A DNA stretch of 64,000 nt from Planctomycetota bacterium (GTDB lineage Bacteria > Planctomycetota > UBA1135 > GCA-002686595): the NCBI GenBank assembly GCA_014237855.1, contig JABACD010000007.1, forward strand, positions 65,399 to 129,398, in the 5' to 3' direction. Shown one piece after another: positions 1 to 9,504 of the stretch (position 1 is the first letter of the stretch; each line of letters begins with the position of its first letter). The notes under the pieces were generated by a model that saw only the letters and a program-made list of their open reading frames with translations, made no database searches and was not told where the DNA came from. The position numbers were made by a program, and so were the translations under genes.

Positions 1-1891
1 TCTGGGACGTCTCGAACTCCCACACCTCTCCCGTCGTGGGCACACCGAGCGTCACCATGTCGACGCGCCAGTAGTAGGTCGTCTCGGCCTGCAGGTGCCC
101 GGGCTCGAAGGTCGTCTCGGTCTGCTGCCCCTGCAACTCGGAGGCACCCGGGGTGGGGTTCGTACCGAAGTAGACGTCAAAGGCGTCGGGAGTCTCACAG
201 GGGAACCACCGCAGGGTGGGGGTGTGCGTGACGCCCACCTCTCCATCCAAGGGCTCGGGCGGGCTGTTGCCACTGCTTGACGCGCCGACGTGGAACTGCG
301 CGGGGTCTGACCAGTCGCTCCAGGCGAGGGCCGAGTCACGGTAGCGCACGCGCCACCACACGTCGCGGCAGCCGGGTAGGACCTCGTCCACGAAGATGTC
401 CTCGATCTGCGCGTCCGTGACGGTATCGACGCTGTACCAGCCGTCCCCGTTGGGAGGCCGGTACCAGTTCTCGATCCGGCGCCAGTCATCGGTGATCGGG
501 CTCGACCAGTCATTCTGGAACTCGGAGATCTGGTACTGAGCTTCCAGCAGGGTGTCTCCGTCGGAGTCGCTGAAGGTCGAGCCGACCAGCTCCACATTCC
601 CGGAGGTCTGGTCAGCGCTGGAGGGATTCGGGAAGAGCGCCGTCGGCTTGTCCGGCGGGATGTTGTAGCGGCGGATCGTGATCTCGTCGCTCAGGGTGTT
701 GTTCTTGGCGACGAACTCGTTCCCGCGGCTGAGGCGGCGCAGTCGGAACTGGGGATCGCTTCCCGCATCCACGTCGATGATGCAGAAGCCCCAATCAGGC
801 TCCGAGTACTGGAATTCGGGGTAGTCGGCCTGGGGGTACTCGTACCAGTAGTCCGGGTTTCCCATACCAGTGGCGACGTTCACCATGAGGTGGTCATGAT
901 CCCTGCTCTGGCCGCGGGAGTAGCCGTGGGTGTGGCCAAAGAAGTGGACCGAGGGCTTGCCCGTGTCGTCGGAGAACTGCTCCAACCGCGCGACCAGGTT
1001 CGAGCTGAAGCCTGATTCCCCGGGCGTCCAGAGCTCGGACTTGTGGGGGTGGTGGAAGAGGCAGAAGACGAAGTCGATGCTGTCATTTGTGGCTGCGTCA
1101 GCCAGAACGCCGTCTATCCAGCTGAGCTGCTCGGAGGTGCTCGTGTAGCCGTTGGTGTCGAGGCCGATCAGGCGCACATTCTGGCGGTCCGCCCACCAGT
1201 AGCGTTCCTCACTACCGGAGAGGGAGTTGTGCGGGAGCTGCAGGTACTCGTAGTAGAGCGCCGCATCCGCCTCGTGGTTCCCCAGCACCGAGTAGGAGGG
1301 GACCTGCTCGTAGAGCTCTTGCGCCTGGCCAAAGTAGTGATTCTGCCATTGCGAGTGGTTGCTACCCGTGCTGACCAGGTCACCGCAGTGCACGAGGAAG
1401 GCAAGCTCCTCGGCCATGTCCGGCCCGTACTGCTGGGCCGTGTAGGCCATGATCCCTTCCTCGATGACCTCGCGGTGTTTCTGGGAGTTGTTGCCGTCGA
1501 CCTGAGTGTCGGAGATGGCTGCGAAGCGCCAGGACTCCTCGGAAGTCTGCAGGGGCGGTGTCTTGAAGTGGGAGATGTCGCTGTACCAGCTTCCGGTCTT
1601 CACCCGGTACCAGTACGTCGTCTCTGGCTGCAGGCCGGTCAAGCGCACCTGATGGATGATCGTGCCGGCGGAGGAGTTGAGGAAGTTGCCCGAGGTGGAG
1701 CTGGGGATCGACGGCGTCGTCCCGTACTCCACCACGCTCTCCGTGGTGTTGGCGGTCTCCCAGCAAACCCACATGGTCGTCGGCGAGGGATCTTGCAGGT
1801 AGGGCCCTGCCTCGATTCCTGCGCCGCGAAAGTAGGCTGCGGAAGCGAGGAACAGGCAGGCGAAGATCAGCGGGAGGCGCTTGGAGAACAT
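1..1891 (-). CDS. Secreted purple-acid-phosphatase-like metallophosphoesterase; C-terminus lies beyond the window edge (absent from ORF track)
   Basis: Hand translation of the minus strand from the ATG (rc of cat at 1889-1891) gives MFSKRLPLIFACLFLASAAYF... and stays open to nt 1. Metallophosphoesterase motifs seen: CGDLVSTG, GNHEAD, FHHPH, GHTHGY. Codons are GC3-rich. The listed + ORF 1043..1906 is its antisense shadow. Confidence 0.85.
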   Translation of the reverse strand, partial: MFSKRLPLIFACLFLASAAYFRGAGIEAGPYLQDPSPTTMWVCWETANTTESVVEYGTTPSIPSSTSGNFLNSSAGTIIHQVRLTGLQPETTYWYRVKTGSWYSDISHFKTPPLQTSEESWRFAAISDTQVDGNNSQKHREVIEEGIMAYTAQQYGPDMAEELAFLVHCGDLVSTGSNHSQWQNHYFGQAQELYEQVPSYSVLGNHEADAALYYEYLQLPHNSLSGSEERYWWADRQNVRLIGLDTNGYTSTSEQLSWIDGVLADAATNDSIDFVFCLFHHPHKSELWTPGESGFSSNLVARLEQFSDDTGKPSVHFFGHTHGYSRGQSRDHDHLMVNVATGMGNPDYWYEYPQADYPEFQYSEPDWGFCIIDVDAGSDPQFRLRRLSRGNEFVAKNNTLSDEITIRRYNIPPDKPTALFPNPSSADQTSGNVELVGSTFSDSDGDTLLEAQYQISEFQNDWSSPITDDWRRIENWYRPPNGDGWYSVDTVTDAQIEDIFVDEVLPGCRDVWWRVRYRDSALAWSDWSDPAQFHVGASSSGNSPPEPLDGEVGVTHTPTLRWFPCETPDAFDVYFGTNPTPGASELQGQQTETTFEPGHLQAETTYYWRVDMVTLGVPTTGEVWEFETSQ

Positions 1892-2175
1892 GTCTTTGCT
1901 CGGTGATGGACTGCCCTGGTCCTGTCGTGGGATCCGTGCTGGTACCCTGCTCGCAGGACTGCCTGCAAGCATCTGGGACATTTTCCAGGGTACCGTTTCT
2001 TTGAAATCTGGAGGGCAGAAGGACCGGATCTGTCTGCCGGGAGTGGGCCTCGCTTTCCCAAGCTCCCGTCAATCGCACGCTCCTCACCCCGACCCTGCGC
2101 TCAAGGGTCTGGGTGCGCTCTCGTGTAGGCTCCGCCGCACGCGGCTCTCGGCACCTGCCCGATCAGCTGACGACA

Positions 2176-2206
2176 CGAAAAAACGCCCCTGGCATCCAGT
2201 GGCGTT
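2176..2206 (-). terminator. Intrinsic terminator about 25 nt downstream of repeat copy A
   Basis: Minus-strand RNA reads AACGCCACTGG-ATGC-CAGGGGCGTT (10 of 11 bp) followed by a U run (the A run at about 2177-2183 on the plus strand). Confidence 0.6.
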
Positions 2207-2231
2207 CAGCCTTCTCTCATGACTGGAGAAG

Positions 2232-2360
2232 TGGCTCCCCGGTCTATACACCTCTGCGAACTATCGCTCTCGGGGCAAATCGTGCTTCCCGGGGTCAAGG
2301 AGCAGTGTCTCGGTTCGCAAGAGGTGTGGACTACGGCTCCGGTCCAGACTCGAACTCTGG
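2232..2360 (-). repeat. Copy A of a ~125-nt element: T-arm-like hairpin, long hairpin and a ...GACCGGGGAGCCA tail. Decayed tRNA 3-prime half, possible structured RNA
   Basis: Aligns with 14191..14314 in the same orientation. Identical blocks are AGTTCGAGTCT (11/11), TGCGAACCGAGACA (14/14) and AGTTCGCAGAGGTGTA[T/A]AGACCGGGGAGCCA (30/31). The 14-bp arms ACACCTCTGCGAAC / GTTCGCAAGAGGTGT pair with one bulge. No coding signal. Confidence 0.6.
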
Positions 2361-2542
2361 TGTCGAACGGCATGAACAAGGCATGTGAGTTGCGCCGGGC
2401 CAATGTCTCGATTCCTCGGGGGTAGCCGCTCTCCCCATGCTAAAGTGAGGGCCATACGACCAACTTAGCGGGGACCTCTCGTTGACATTCGGCCAATTCC
2501 GGTCGGCACGATCCCGTCGCCTCCTCTGAGCAAACATGAGGA

Positions 2543-3742
2543 GTGATTATGTCAGCAGGACTCTCGTCGCATGCAAGCGACGTTGACCCGGACAGATCAG
2601 CTAAGCGAGACACATCCGCGCCATCGGCGCTACACGCTAGCAACGGGAGACACGGACGTATTCCCACCGCACTCGTCTACTGCGAGGCGAACTTCGGCGC
2701 CATCGACGGCAAGACCGCGAACGGTCTCGTGCGCCACTCGGAGAAGTACGAGATCCTCACGGTCATCGACAGCGAGAAGGCTGGCCTCGATGCCGGCGCC
2801 GTGCTCGACGGGGAGCAGAACGGAATCCCCATTTGCCGCGACCTCGCCGATGCTCTTGCGTGCACGGGGCATGTGCCCGACTGGTTCATCTTCGGGATGG
2901 CGCCCTCGAGCGGATTGTTGTCGCCGAACGAGCGCAGCATCGTGCTCGAGGCCATCCGTCTCGGCATGAACGTCGTCAACGGCTTGCACGAGTTCTTGAA
3001 CGAGGATTCGGAATTCGCGGAAGCCTGCTTGGCCACGGGCGTGGAGATCCTCGACGTCCGGAGGCCCCGCCCGAAGAAGGACCTGCGAATGTTCAGCGGT
3101 CGAATCAACGAGGTCACCTGCCCGCGTATCGCCGTGCTCGGCACGGATGGCGCCATCGGGAAGCGTACAACCGCCACGATTCTCACCCGCGCTCTGAACG
3201 ATCACGGCCTGAAGGCGGTGATGGTCGGCACCGGCCAGACCGGCATTATCCAGGGTGCCCGATACGGAATCGCGCTCGACGCCATCCCCTGCCAGTACTG
3301 CTCGGGTGAGATGGAAGCGGTCGTCGTGGAAGCCTTCGAGGGTGAGGACCCCGACGTGATCATCGTCGAAGGGCAGGGCGCGCTCAGCCACCCCGCCTAC
3401 CTGAGCTCTTCCTTCATCCTGCGCGGGAGCCGCCCCGATGGCGTCGTCCTGCAGCACGCGCCGGGCCGAAGTCATCTTGGTGATTTCCCCCAGGTGCCCA
3501 TGCCGACACCCGCTTCGGAGATCAACCTCATTCAGACCTTCGCCCACACCAAGGTCATCGGTCTCACGATCAACCATGAGAACATGACTGAAACGGAGGT
3601 CAGTGCAGCCATCACGCTGTACGAGCTCGAACTCGGAATCACCGCCACCGACGCGCTCACCCGGCCGCCGGCACGCCTGGTCGAGATGGTCCTGGCGGCC
3701 TTCCCGGAGCTCGAGGAGAAGCTGTCGGCCAGCGCTCGATGA
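2543..3742 (+). CDS. DUF1611-family protein (DgcN-like putative D-amino-acid N-acetyltransferase)
   Basis: The 399-aa ORF has a P-loop-like region (VLGTDGAIGKRTTA) and the overall DUF1611 pattern (ALVYCEANFGAIDGKTANGL..., IVEGQGALSHPAY). GTG start; its stop overlaps the next start (ATGA). Confidence 0.75.
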   Translation: MIMSAGLSSHASDVDPDRSAKRDTSAPSALHASNGRHGRIPTALVYCEANFGAIDGKTANGLVRHSEKYEILTVIDSEKAGLDAGAVLDGEQNGIPICRDLADALACTGHVPDWFIFGMAPSSGLLSPNERSIVLEAIRLGMNVVNGLHEFLNEDSEFAEACLATGVEILDVRRPRPKKDLRMFSGRINEVTCPRIAVLGTDGAIGKRTTATILTRALNDHGLKAVMVGTGQTGIIQGARYGIALDAIPCQYCSGEMEAVVVEAFEGEDPDVIIVEGQGALSHPAYLSSSFILRGSRPDGVVLQHAPGRSHLGDFPQVPMPTPASEINLIQTFAHTKVIGLTINHENMTETEVSAAITLYELELGITATDALTRPPARLVEMVLAAFPELEEKLSASAR

Positions 3743-4857
3743 CGGCGCCACGGCTGGAGATCGACCTCGACAAGATCGAGCACAACGCCCGGACCCTGGG
3801 CGAGCGGCTAGTCGATCGCGGCATATCGGTCACGGGTGTCACGAAGGCCGCCCTGGGCTCTACCCAGATCGCCGGGGCGTTGCTCCGGGGGGGGCTGAGC
3901 TCGCTGGGCGACTCGCGCATCGAGAACATCGAGGCCATGCGCAGGGCGGCGGTGCCGGCAACGATGATGCTGCTGCGCTCTCCGATGCTGAGCCAGGCGG
4001 AGCGCGTCGTGGCCCATGCCGACGTGAGCTTCAACACCGAGCTCGAGGTGATCAGAGAGCTCTCGTCCGCCGCCCAGGAGGCCGGACGGATTCACGGAGT
4101 CGTGCTCATGATCGAGCTCGGTGATCTTCGTGAAGGCATCATGCCAGGGGACCTGGAACAAGCCGTGCGTGAGACCCTTCGCTGCCCGAACATCGCGCTA
4201 AGGGGCATCGGCACCAACCTCGCCTGTCGCAGTGGAGTGGTGCCGGACGCCACGAACATGGGGGAGCTGTCCGCCCTCGCCGATTCCATCGACGCGACCT
4301 TTGGCCCTGTGCTCGAGATCGTCTCGGGCGGGAACTCCGGTAACCTGGAGTGGGCGCTCAGCGGTGCGCACCCCGGGCGGGTCAACCATCTGCGCCTGGG
4401 AGAGTCGCTCCTGCTCGGTTGCGAGCCCCTCCATCGCCAGCCGATCGACGGACTGCACACCGACGCCTTCACGCTCATGGCCGAGGTGATCGAGTCGAAG
4501 CGCAAACCATCGCGGCCCTGGGGCAAGCTCGCCCAGAGCGCCTTCGGGGAGCTGCCCATACCGGCGGATCGGGGTGACATCTCCCAGGCGATTCTCGCGC
4601 TCGGACGTCAAGACACGGACCCCCATGGCCTCCAGGCACCCGCCGGCATCGAGATCCTCGGGGCCAGCAGCGACCATCTGGTCGTGGAATCCGCTCAGGA
4701 GCCACTGAGCGTCGGCGACGAGATCCGTCTGCAGCCCAACTACAGCGCGCTGGTGCGCGCCATGACCTCACCCTTCGTGGCCAGTGCCGTGCAGGGAATA
4801 CACAGCGGCACGCCAGCTGCAGGCGGAAAGGTCGACCCTCTCGAACGCCGGGCGTGA
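3739..4857 (+). CDS. PLP-dependent alanine/ornithine-racemase-family (fold-type III, YhfX/Orr-like) protein
   Basis: N-terminal LEIDLDKIEHNARTL...GVTKAALG (PLP-Lys context) and ...VSGGNSGNL.. fit alanine-racemase N-terminal domain proteins. Translationally coupled to the DUF1611 gene. Confidence 0.7.
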   Translation: MTAPRLEIDLDKIEHNARTLGERLVDRGISVTGVTKAALGSTQIAGALLRGGLSSLGDSRIENIEAMRRAAVPATMMLLRSPMLSQAERVVAHADVSFNTELEVIRELSSAAQEAGRIHGVVLMIELGDLREGIMPGDLEQAVRETLRCPNIALRGIGTNLACRSGVVPDATNMGELSALADSIDATFGPVLEIVSGGNSGNLEWALSGAHPGRVNHLRLGESLLLGCEPLHRQPIDGLHTDAFTLMAEVIESKRKPSRPWGKLAQSAFGELPIPADRGDISQAILALGRQDTDPHGLQAPAGIEILGASSDHLVVESAQEPLSVGDEIRLQPNYSALVRAMTSPFVASAVQGIHSGTPAAGGKVDPLERRA

Positions 4858-4984
4858 GACTACCGGTCCGTCAGGCCATGCTCTGGGACAGAGTGACGCG
4901 CGTCGCGGGCTGCACGGCTCAAGGGGAACATCCCGGCTGAGGCCCACGGCGCCGGCGCCACGCGTCCCCAAGCGCGCATCTCGC

Positions 4985-5731
4985 CTACTTGGCCAAGAGC
5001 GGACCGAGCGGCCGGAGCTGCGTCGACGGCGCCAGCGGCTCTTCCACGTACTTCCCGTCCTTCCAGTACACCCGATACGCCTTGCGGCCCTTGACAGAGG
5101 CGAGGACCCGGTACTCGTCGTCATGCACGACCAGCGCGCAGTGCTCGTCGAGGGCGATGGCGACGCCCGGGTGCTTCTTCGTCATGGCCTTGAGCGACGG
5201 CCTGCGGTGCTTCTCGACGTCGTAGTGAGGACAGATCAAGGCATCGACGAAGCCCAATCCTCTGACGCGGGCCAGCCTCGTGGGGTCCTGCTTGGTCTTG
5301 TACGAATCGCTGTTGCCCCAGGAGAACCACGCGATCGAACCAGCGCTCGACCCGCAGAGGACGGCGTCGCGCTTCATGGCGGAGCGGAGTGCGTGATCCA
5401 CGCCGTGGCGACGCCAGGTCTTCATCATCCGCAGGGTGTTTCCCTCTCCGACATAGACGATGTCTGCCCAGGCGATCCGATCCCGGATGCGCGCGCGCTC
5501 GGGATCGGTATTGACCAGGAGCATGATGTCGACCTTGCAACCCAGGCGCTTGCTGAACTGCTTGTAGATCGCCGCACAGTACTCGTCGCATCCGGCGCTG
5601 GCGGTGGGGAGGAACAGCAGGCGAGGCGAGCTCTTGCCGCTGATCCGCACGATCTCCCGGTCGAGGGGCGTGGTTCGAACGGTCGAAGAGAAGCGTCCAA
5701 TCCGCCCCCCGCCGATGGCGATGATCTTCAT
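4985..5731 (-). CDS. Peptidase S51 family (dipeptidase E / cyanophycinase-like)
   Basis: MKIIAIGGG...LLFLPTASA...GSSAGSIAWF is typical of S51. I chose the internal ATG at 5731, preceded by AGGTG, over the track start at 5914. Confidence 0.75.
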   Translation of the reverse strand: MKIIAIGGGRIGRFSSTVRTTPLDREIVRISGKSSPRLLFLPTASAGCDEYCAAIYKQFSKRLGCKVDIMLLVNTDPERARIRDRIAWADIVYVGEGNTLRMMKTWRRHGVDHALRSAMKRDAVLCGSSAGSIAWFSWGNSDSYKTKQDPTRLARVRGLGFVDALICPHYDVEKHRRPSLKAMTKKHPGVAIALDEHCALVVHDDEYRVLASVKGRKAYRVYWKDGKYVEEPLAPSTQLRPLGPLLAK

Positions 5732-6034
5732 GTCACCTAAAGTTGCGGGTGGAGAAGTCTGAGGCAGCCAACCCCGACACTCGTGGAGGGGGTGGAGCGC
5801 TCGGACAAGTGGACAGGCCCGGGAGTCTAACGCCCCGGGCTTCGGGGGAGCACTGAAACCCGAGGAGGAGTGAAACGGGGAGAGCGAAGGGGTCAAGGAT
5901 GCATCGCCACCCACCTACCTACCCAGCGCTCCTGCATGGGCGGTAGAACGAAGCGTCCACCTCTTCCTCAGCGGACGGGCCTCGCTCGAGCTGCCCCCGC
6001 CAAGCCAAACCTGGAGCGCCTGCCTGATCGAGGT

Positions 6035-6808
6035 CTACCGCCGCGGAGGGGGAGAGCTGGAGTGCCCCGGATCCGCGCTGTGAGTGTCTTTCCCCACTGA
6101 ACGGCCATGGGCGGCCAGGTCCAGCGCAACCGCCGAACAGAAGCGCCAATGGAACCACACACCGGCGATCACGAAGATGTGGAACAACTCGTGGGCGTGA
6201 AGGACACCGGACCAGAGCCGCGGCCAGCGCAGGAAGTCGAACACGGCACCGGTGGTGTAGGCGATGCCACCCCAGCAGAAAGGAGCGATGTAGCGCAGCC
6301 CGTGGCGCTTCCAGAGCAGGACCCCGGTGCCCAATCCGAGCCAGGGAAATGCGAGGTAGAGCGTCAGGCCGAGCCATTCAGGCATCTCGGAAAAGTAGAC
6401 GGTCTTCAGCGGGACCGCGGTGGCCGTTACGGCCCACGCGAACGCGATCACCCCGTAGCGCAGCCAACCACGGAACAGCATTCCATGCACCGCCGTGAAG
6501 GTCCCGGCGATCAACACGAAGATGCCCGCGTGATCCAATCGCTGGAGCACCGCGCGCCCGGTCGTATCCTGGGGCGACAAGTGGAACACGCCGCTCATGG
6601 CTAGCAAGAAGATGACCGAGCCGGCGTAGATCGCGAGCGTGATCCTCAAACCAGGACTGCCGCGCGCGGATCGCAGGAGCCTGGGCGTCGCGAACGCGAA
6701 GCCAACGGTCGCGATCAGGTGCGAGATGCTGCTGACCGGATCGGTGAAGCCCGGAATCGGGGTGAGCGATATGTCCGTGGCCTGGAGGGTGCTCGCGAGA
6801 CAGTGCAT
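6035..6808 (-). CDS. Hemolysin III / PAQR-family integral membrane protein
   Basis: Seven hydrophobic segments. Family pattern seen: HLIATVGF..., LDHAGIFVLIAGTFT, HELFHIFVIAG. Start moved to the ATG at 6808. Confidence 0.7.
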   Translation of the reverse strand: MHCLASTLQATDISLTPIPGFTDPVSSISHLIATVGFAFATPRLLRSARGSPGLRITLAIYAGSVIFLLAMSGVFHLSPQDTTGRAVLQRLDHAGIFVLIAGTFTAVHGMLFRGWLRYGVIAFAWAVTATAVPLKTVYFSEMPEWLGLTLYLAFPWLGLGTGVLLWKRHGLRYIAPFCWGGIAYTTGAVFDFLRWPRLWSGVLHAHELFHIFVIAGVWFHWRFCSAVALDLAAHGRSVGKDTHSADPGHSSSPPPRR

Positions 6809-7154
6809 GCGTGGTCGTCTCCTCGGTTGCGGCCTCCGAAAGCGTGCGTGGAAGTCGGAGCTACAAGGGACTCCTGCGGAAAGATCGCCCCGCGTCCCTG
6901 TCGATTCAAGGGTGCGCAAGGATCACGAGCAGACCCGAGCACGACCACGAGGAGCGTGCACACCAACGGCCCGTCAACGATCGGATCGAGCGCACCGACC
7001 CGAGGGACAAGGGCGAATTCCGGTGCAACGAGCGCTCGGGGGGGGATCCTCGAGAGCGACGCGCGGACGGAAATAGATCTCGATTGCCTCAGCTTCTCGA
7101 AGGACTCCCCGCTACCCTGCGCCGCCCTATTTTCGGCTATCACTCTAGAAACGC

Positions 7155-8711
7155 TTGTTCGACATCCAAACCAATCCCGAGTTCAGGCTCCGGACGGACC
7201 TCCTCTCGGGAATCACGGTTGCCCTGGCCCTCGTGCCGGAGGCCGTGGCCTTCTCCTTCGTCGCCGGCGTTGATCCCCTGGTCGGGCTGTATGCCGCCTT
7301 CATGGTGGGCCTGATCACCTCGCTCTTCGGTGGGCGGCCCGGAATGATCTCGGGTGCCACGGGAGCCCTCGCGGTCGTTCTCGTCGCGCTGGTCACGCAG
7401 CATGGTGTCCAGTACATGTTCGCGGCCGTCGCCTTGATGGGGGTCCTGCAGATCCTGGCCGGGCTCTTCCGGCTCGGAAAGTTCATTCGCATGGTTCCCC
7501 ACCCGGTCATGCTGGGATTCGTCAACGGCCTCGCGATCGTGATCTTCCTGGCGCAATTGGGGCAGTTCAAGGCACCCGATGGGGACGGACAACTCGTGTG
7601 GATGGAGGGAACTCCGCTCTTCACCATGCTGGGGTTGGTGGTGGCGACCATGGCCATCATCCACCTCTTGCCCAAACTGACCACGGTGGTGCCCGCCTCC
7701 CTGGTCGCCATCGTCACGATCACCCTGGCGACAGCTAGCTTCGGTCTCGACTCGCCCACCATCGTGGACTACCTGCGCACCATGACCGGAGATGCGCAGG
7801 CCTCCCTGGCGGGCGGCTTGCCGAGCTTCGCGATACCGATGGTGCCCTTCAACCTGGAGACGCTGCGGATCATCCTGCCCTTCGCCGCGATCCTCGCCGC
7901 CGTGGGCCTGATCGAGTCGCTCCTCACCCTGACCCTGGTGGACGAGCTCACGGAGACTCGCGGCCGTGGCAACAAGGAGTGCGTGGCGCAGGGCGCCGCG
8001 AACATCGCATGCGGCTTCTTCGGCGGCATGGGGGGATGCGCCATGATCGGCCAGAGCATGATCAACATCAACTCGGGCGGGCGCGGGAGGACTTCGGGCA
8101 TCACGGCTTCACTCTCGCTGATCGCCTTCGTGGTCGTTGCCTCGCCCCTGATCGAGATGATTCCGGTCGCAGCGCTCGTGGGCGTCATGTTCATGGTCGT
8201 CCTGGGGACTTTTGAGTGGTCGAGCTTCCGCGTGATGACCAAGGTCCCCGTGTCGGACGCCATCGTGATCGTTCTGGTCTCCGCCGTCACCGTCGCTACC
8301 GACCTGGCCGTGGCCGTCCTGGTCGGAGTGATCTTCTCGGCACTGGTCTTCGCTTGGAAGCACGCCAAGGTCATCCACGCTGTCTGTGAGACGAACGAGA
8401 GCGGGACGAAGGTCTACTCTCTTCGTGGTCCGCTGTTTTTCGGGTCCAGCAAGAGTTTCCTGGAGCTCTTCGATCCGAAGGGCGATCCCAACGACGTGAT
8501 CGTCGAGTTTCAGCACGCCCGGGTCTCCGACCACTCAGCCATCGAGGCCATCGACACGCTTGCCGAGCGCTACCTGGCCCTCGGCAAGATCCTGCACCTG
8601 CGCCACCTCAGCCCCGAGTGTCGCAAGCTCCTGCGCAAGGCCGGCAGTCTGGTCGAGGTCAACGTGATCGAGGATCCGAAGTACCACGTCGCCACGGACG
8701 CCCTGGCCTGA
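7155..8711 (+). CDS. SulP-family anion transporter with C-terminal STAS domain
   Basis: The N-terminus ([24 protein letters not shown]) and many TM segments fit SulP. The C-terminus ([15 protein letters not shown]...[13 protein letters not shown]) fits a STAS domain. Confidence 0.9.
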   Translation: MFDIQTNPEFRLRTDLLSGITVALALVPEAVAFSFVAGVDPLVGLYAAFMVGLITSLFGGRPGMISGATGALAVVLVALVTQHGVQYMFAAVALMGVLQILAGLFRLGKFIRMVPHPVMLGFVNGLAIVIFLAQLGQFKAPDGDGQLVWMEGTPLFTMLGLVVATMAIIHLLPKLTTVVPASLVAIVTITLATASFGLDSPTIVDYLRTMTGDAQASLAGGLPSFAIPMVPFNLETLRIILPFAAILAAVGLIESLLTLTLVDELTETRGRGNKECVAQGAANIACGFFGGMGGCAMIGQSMININSGGRGRTSGITASLSLIAFVVVASPLIEMIPVAALVGVMFMVVLGTFEWSSFRVMTKVPVSDAIVIVLVSAVTVATDLAVAVLVGVIFSALVFAWKHAKVIHAVCETNESGTKVYSLRGPLFFGSSKSFLELFDPKGDPNDVIVEFQHARVSDHSAIEAIDTLAERYLALGKILHLRHLSPECRKLLRKAGSLVEVNVIEDPKYHVATDALA

Positions 8712-8961
8712 GGGGCGCCCGGTCCCATACACGGATTCGTGCGTCGGCTCAGCGCGTGCTCGTGCTGAAGTGGCGCGTGTCCCCCGGCCACGGGACGGTG
8801 CTTCCTTCACTCCTTTTGAAGACGAGCTTCGAATTCGGCCCGGTAGATGGGGGCTGCGCAGCCCGCCTTTCAGGGCCGGGAGCGTCGATCCAGAGGCGAG
8901 CGACGATCTACTCGCACATTCCTTGAGGGTTTCGCACGGCCGCGGACAATAGCCGTCCAGC

Positions 8962-9504
8962 ATGGGAGATGAGCAGCGAACGGGAGGGGGGGAGGAGGCT
9001 CTCGATCACTGGATCGCGGCCTTTCGGGGGCCGCTGATGGGTCTGCTCGCTTCCTGGGGCTCTGATTGGCGGGCGGCAGAGGAGCTGGCCCAGGACACCT
9101 TTGCAGAAGCTTGGGTGAGCCAAGCGCGCTTCGCCGGTAGCTTCTCGGATCTTGGAGCCGTGGGCGCCTGGCTACGCGGCATCGCCTTCAACTTGCATCG
9201 AACGGCACGGCGCAAGGCCCAGCGTGCGGGTGCGAAGGATCTGGAGGACTATGAGCCACAGGCCCGTGAAGCCGAACTCGATCCTCGCCGCGCGGCGCTC
9301 GCAGACGCTTTTCGCAAGCTGAGTTCGCCACACCAAACCGTGCTGCGCATGCACTACCTGGAGGAGACCAGCGCGAAGGAAGTGGCCGCGCTTCTCGGGC
9401 TCACAGCCAAGGCCGTCGAGAGCCGCCTCTACCAGGCGCGGAAGGCGTTGCGCAGCGAACTGGACAAGACCGAAGCCATGCATGTTTCGGAGGTGCGATC
9501 ATGA
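8962..9504 (+). CDS. ECF-type sigma-70 family RNA polymerase sigma factor
   Basis: Region 2 (AQDTFAEAW...LRGIAFNLHR) and region 4 (VLRMHYLEETSAKEVAALLGLTAKAVESRLYQARKAL) are recognisable. Confidence 0.85.
   Translation: MGDEQRTGGGEEALDHWIAAFRGPLMGLLASWGSDWRAAEELAQDTFAEAWVSQARFAGSFSDLGAVGAWLRGIAFNLHRTARRKAQRAGAKDLEDYEPQAREAELDPRRAALADAFRKLSSPHQTVLRMHYLEETSAKEVAALLGLTAKAVESRLYQARKALRSELDKTEAMHVSEVRS

Noticed and set aside
2190-2480. tmRNA (ssrA) or tRNA-Sec (selC) at the copy-A locus. The idea was prompted by a T-loop-like GTTCGAGTC, a GGGGAGA... stretch, a ...GCCA end and the presence of UGA-Sec candidates in the window.
   Set aside because: The T-arm-like hairpin is ~120 nt from the CCA instead of adjacent to it. 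There is no G3:U70/ACCA alanine-type acceptor and no tag ORF ending in ...ALAA-stop. About 230-260 nt is short for a tmRNA. No anticodon loop of the form CU-UCA-AA with a proper stem, and no 8/5 acceptor/T architecture, could be drawn.
8712-8961. An ECF-type (GGAAC-N16-CGT) autoregulatory promoter upstream of the sigma gene.
   Set aside because: No GGAAC/CGT-type pair was found. Only a weak TTGAGG-N17-ACAATA sigma-70-like match lies very close to the start codon, which is not convincing enough to list.
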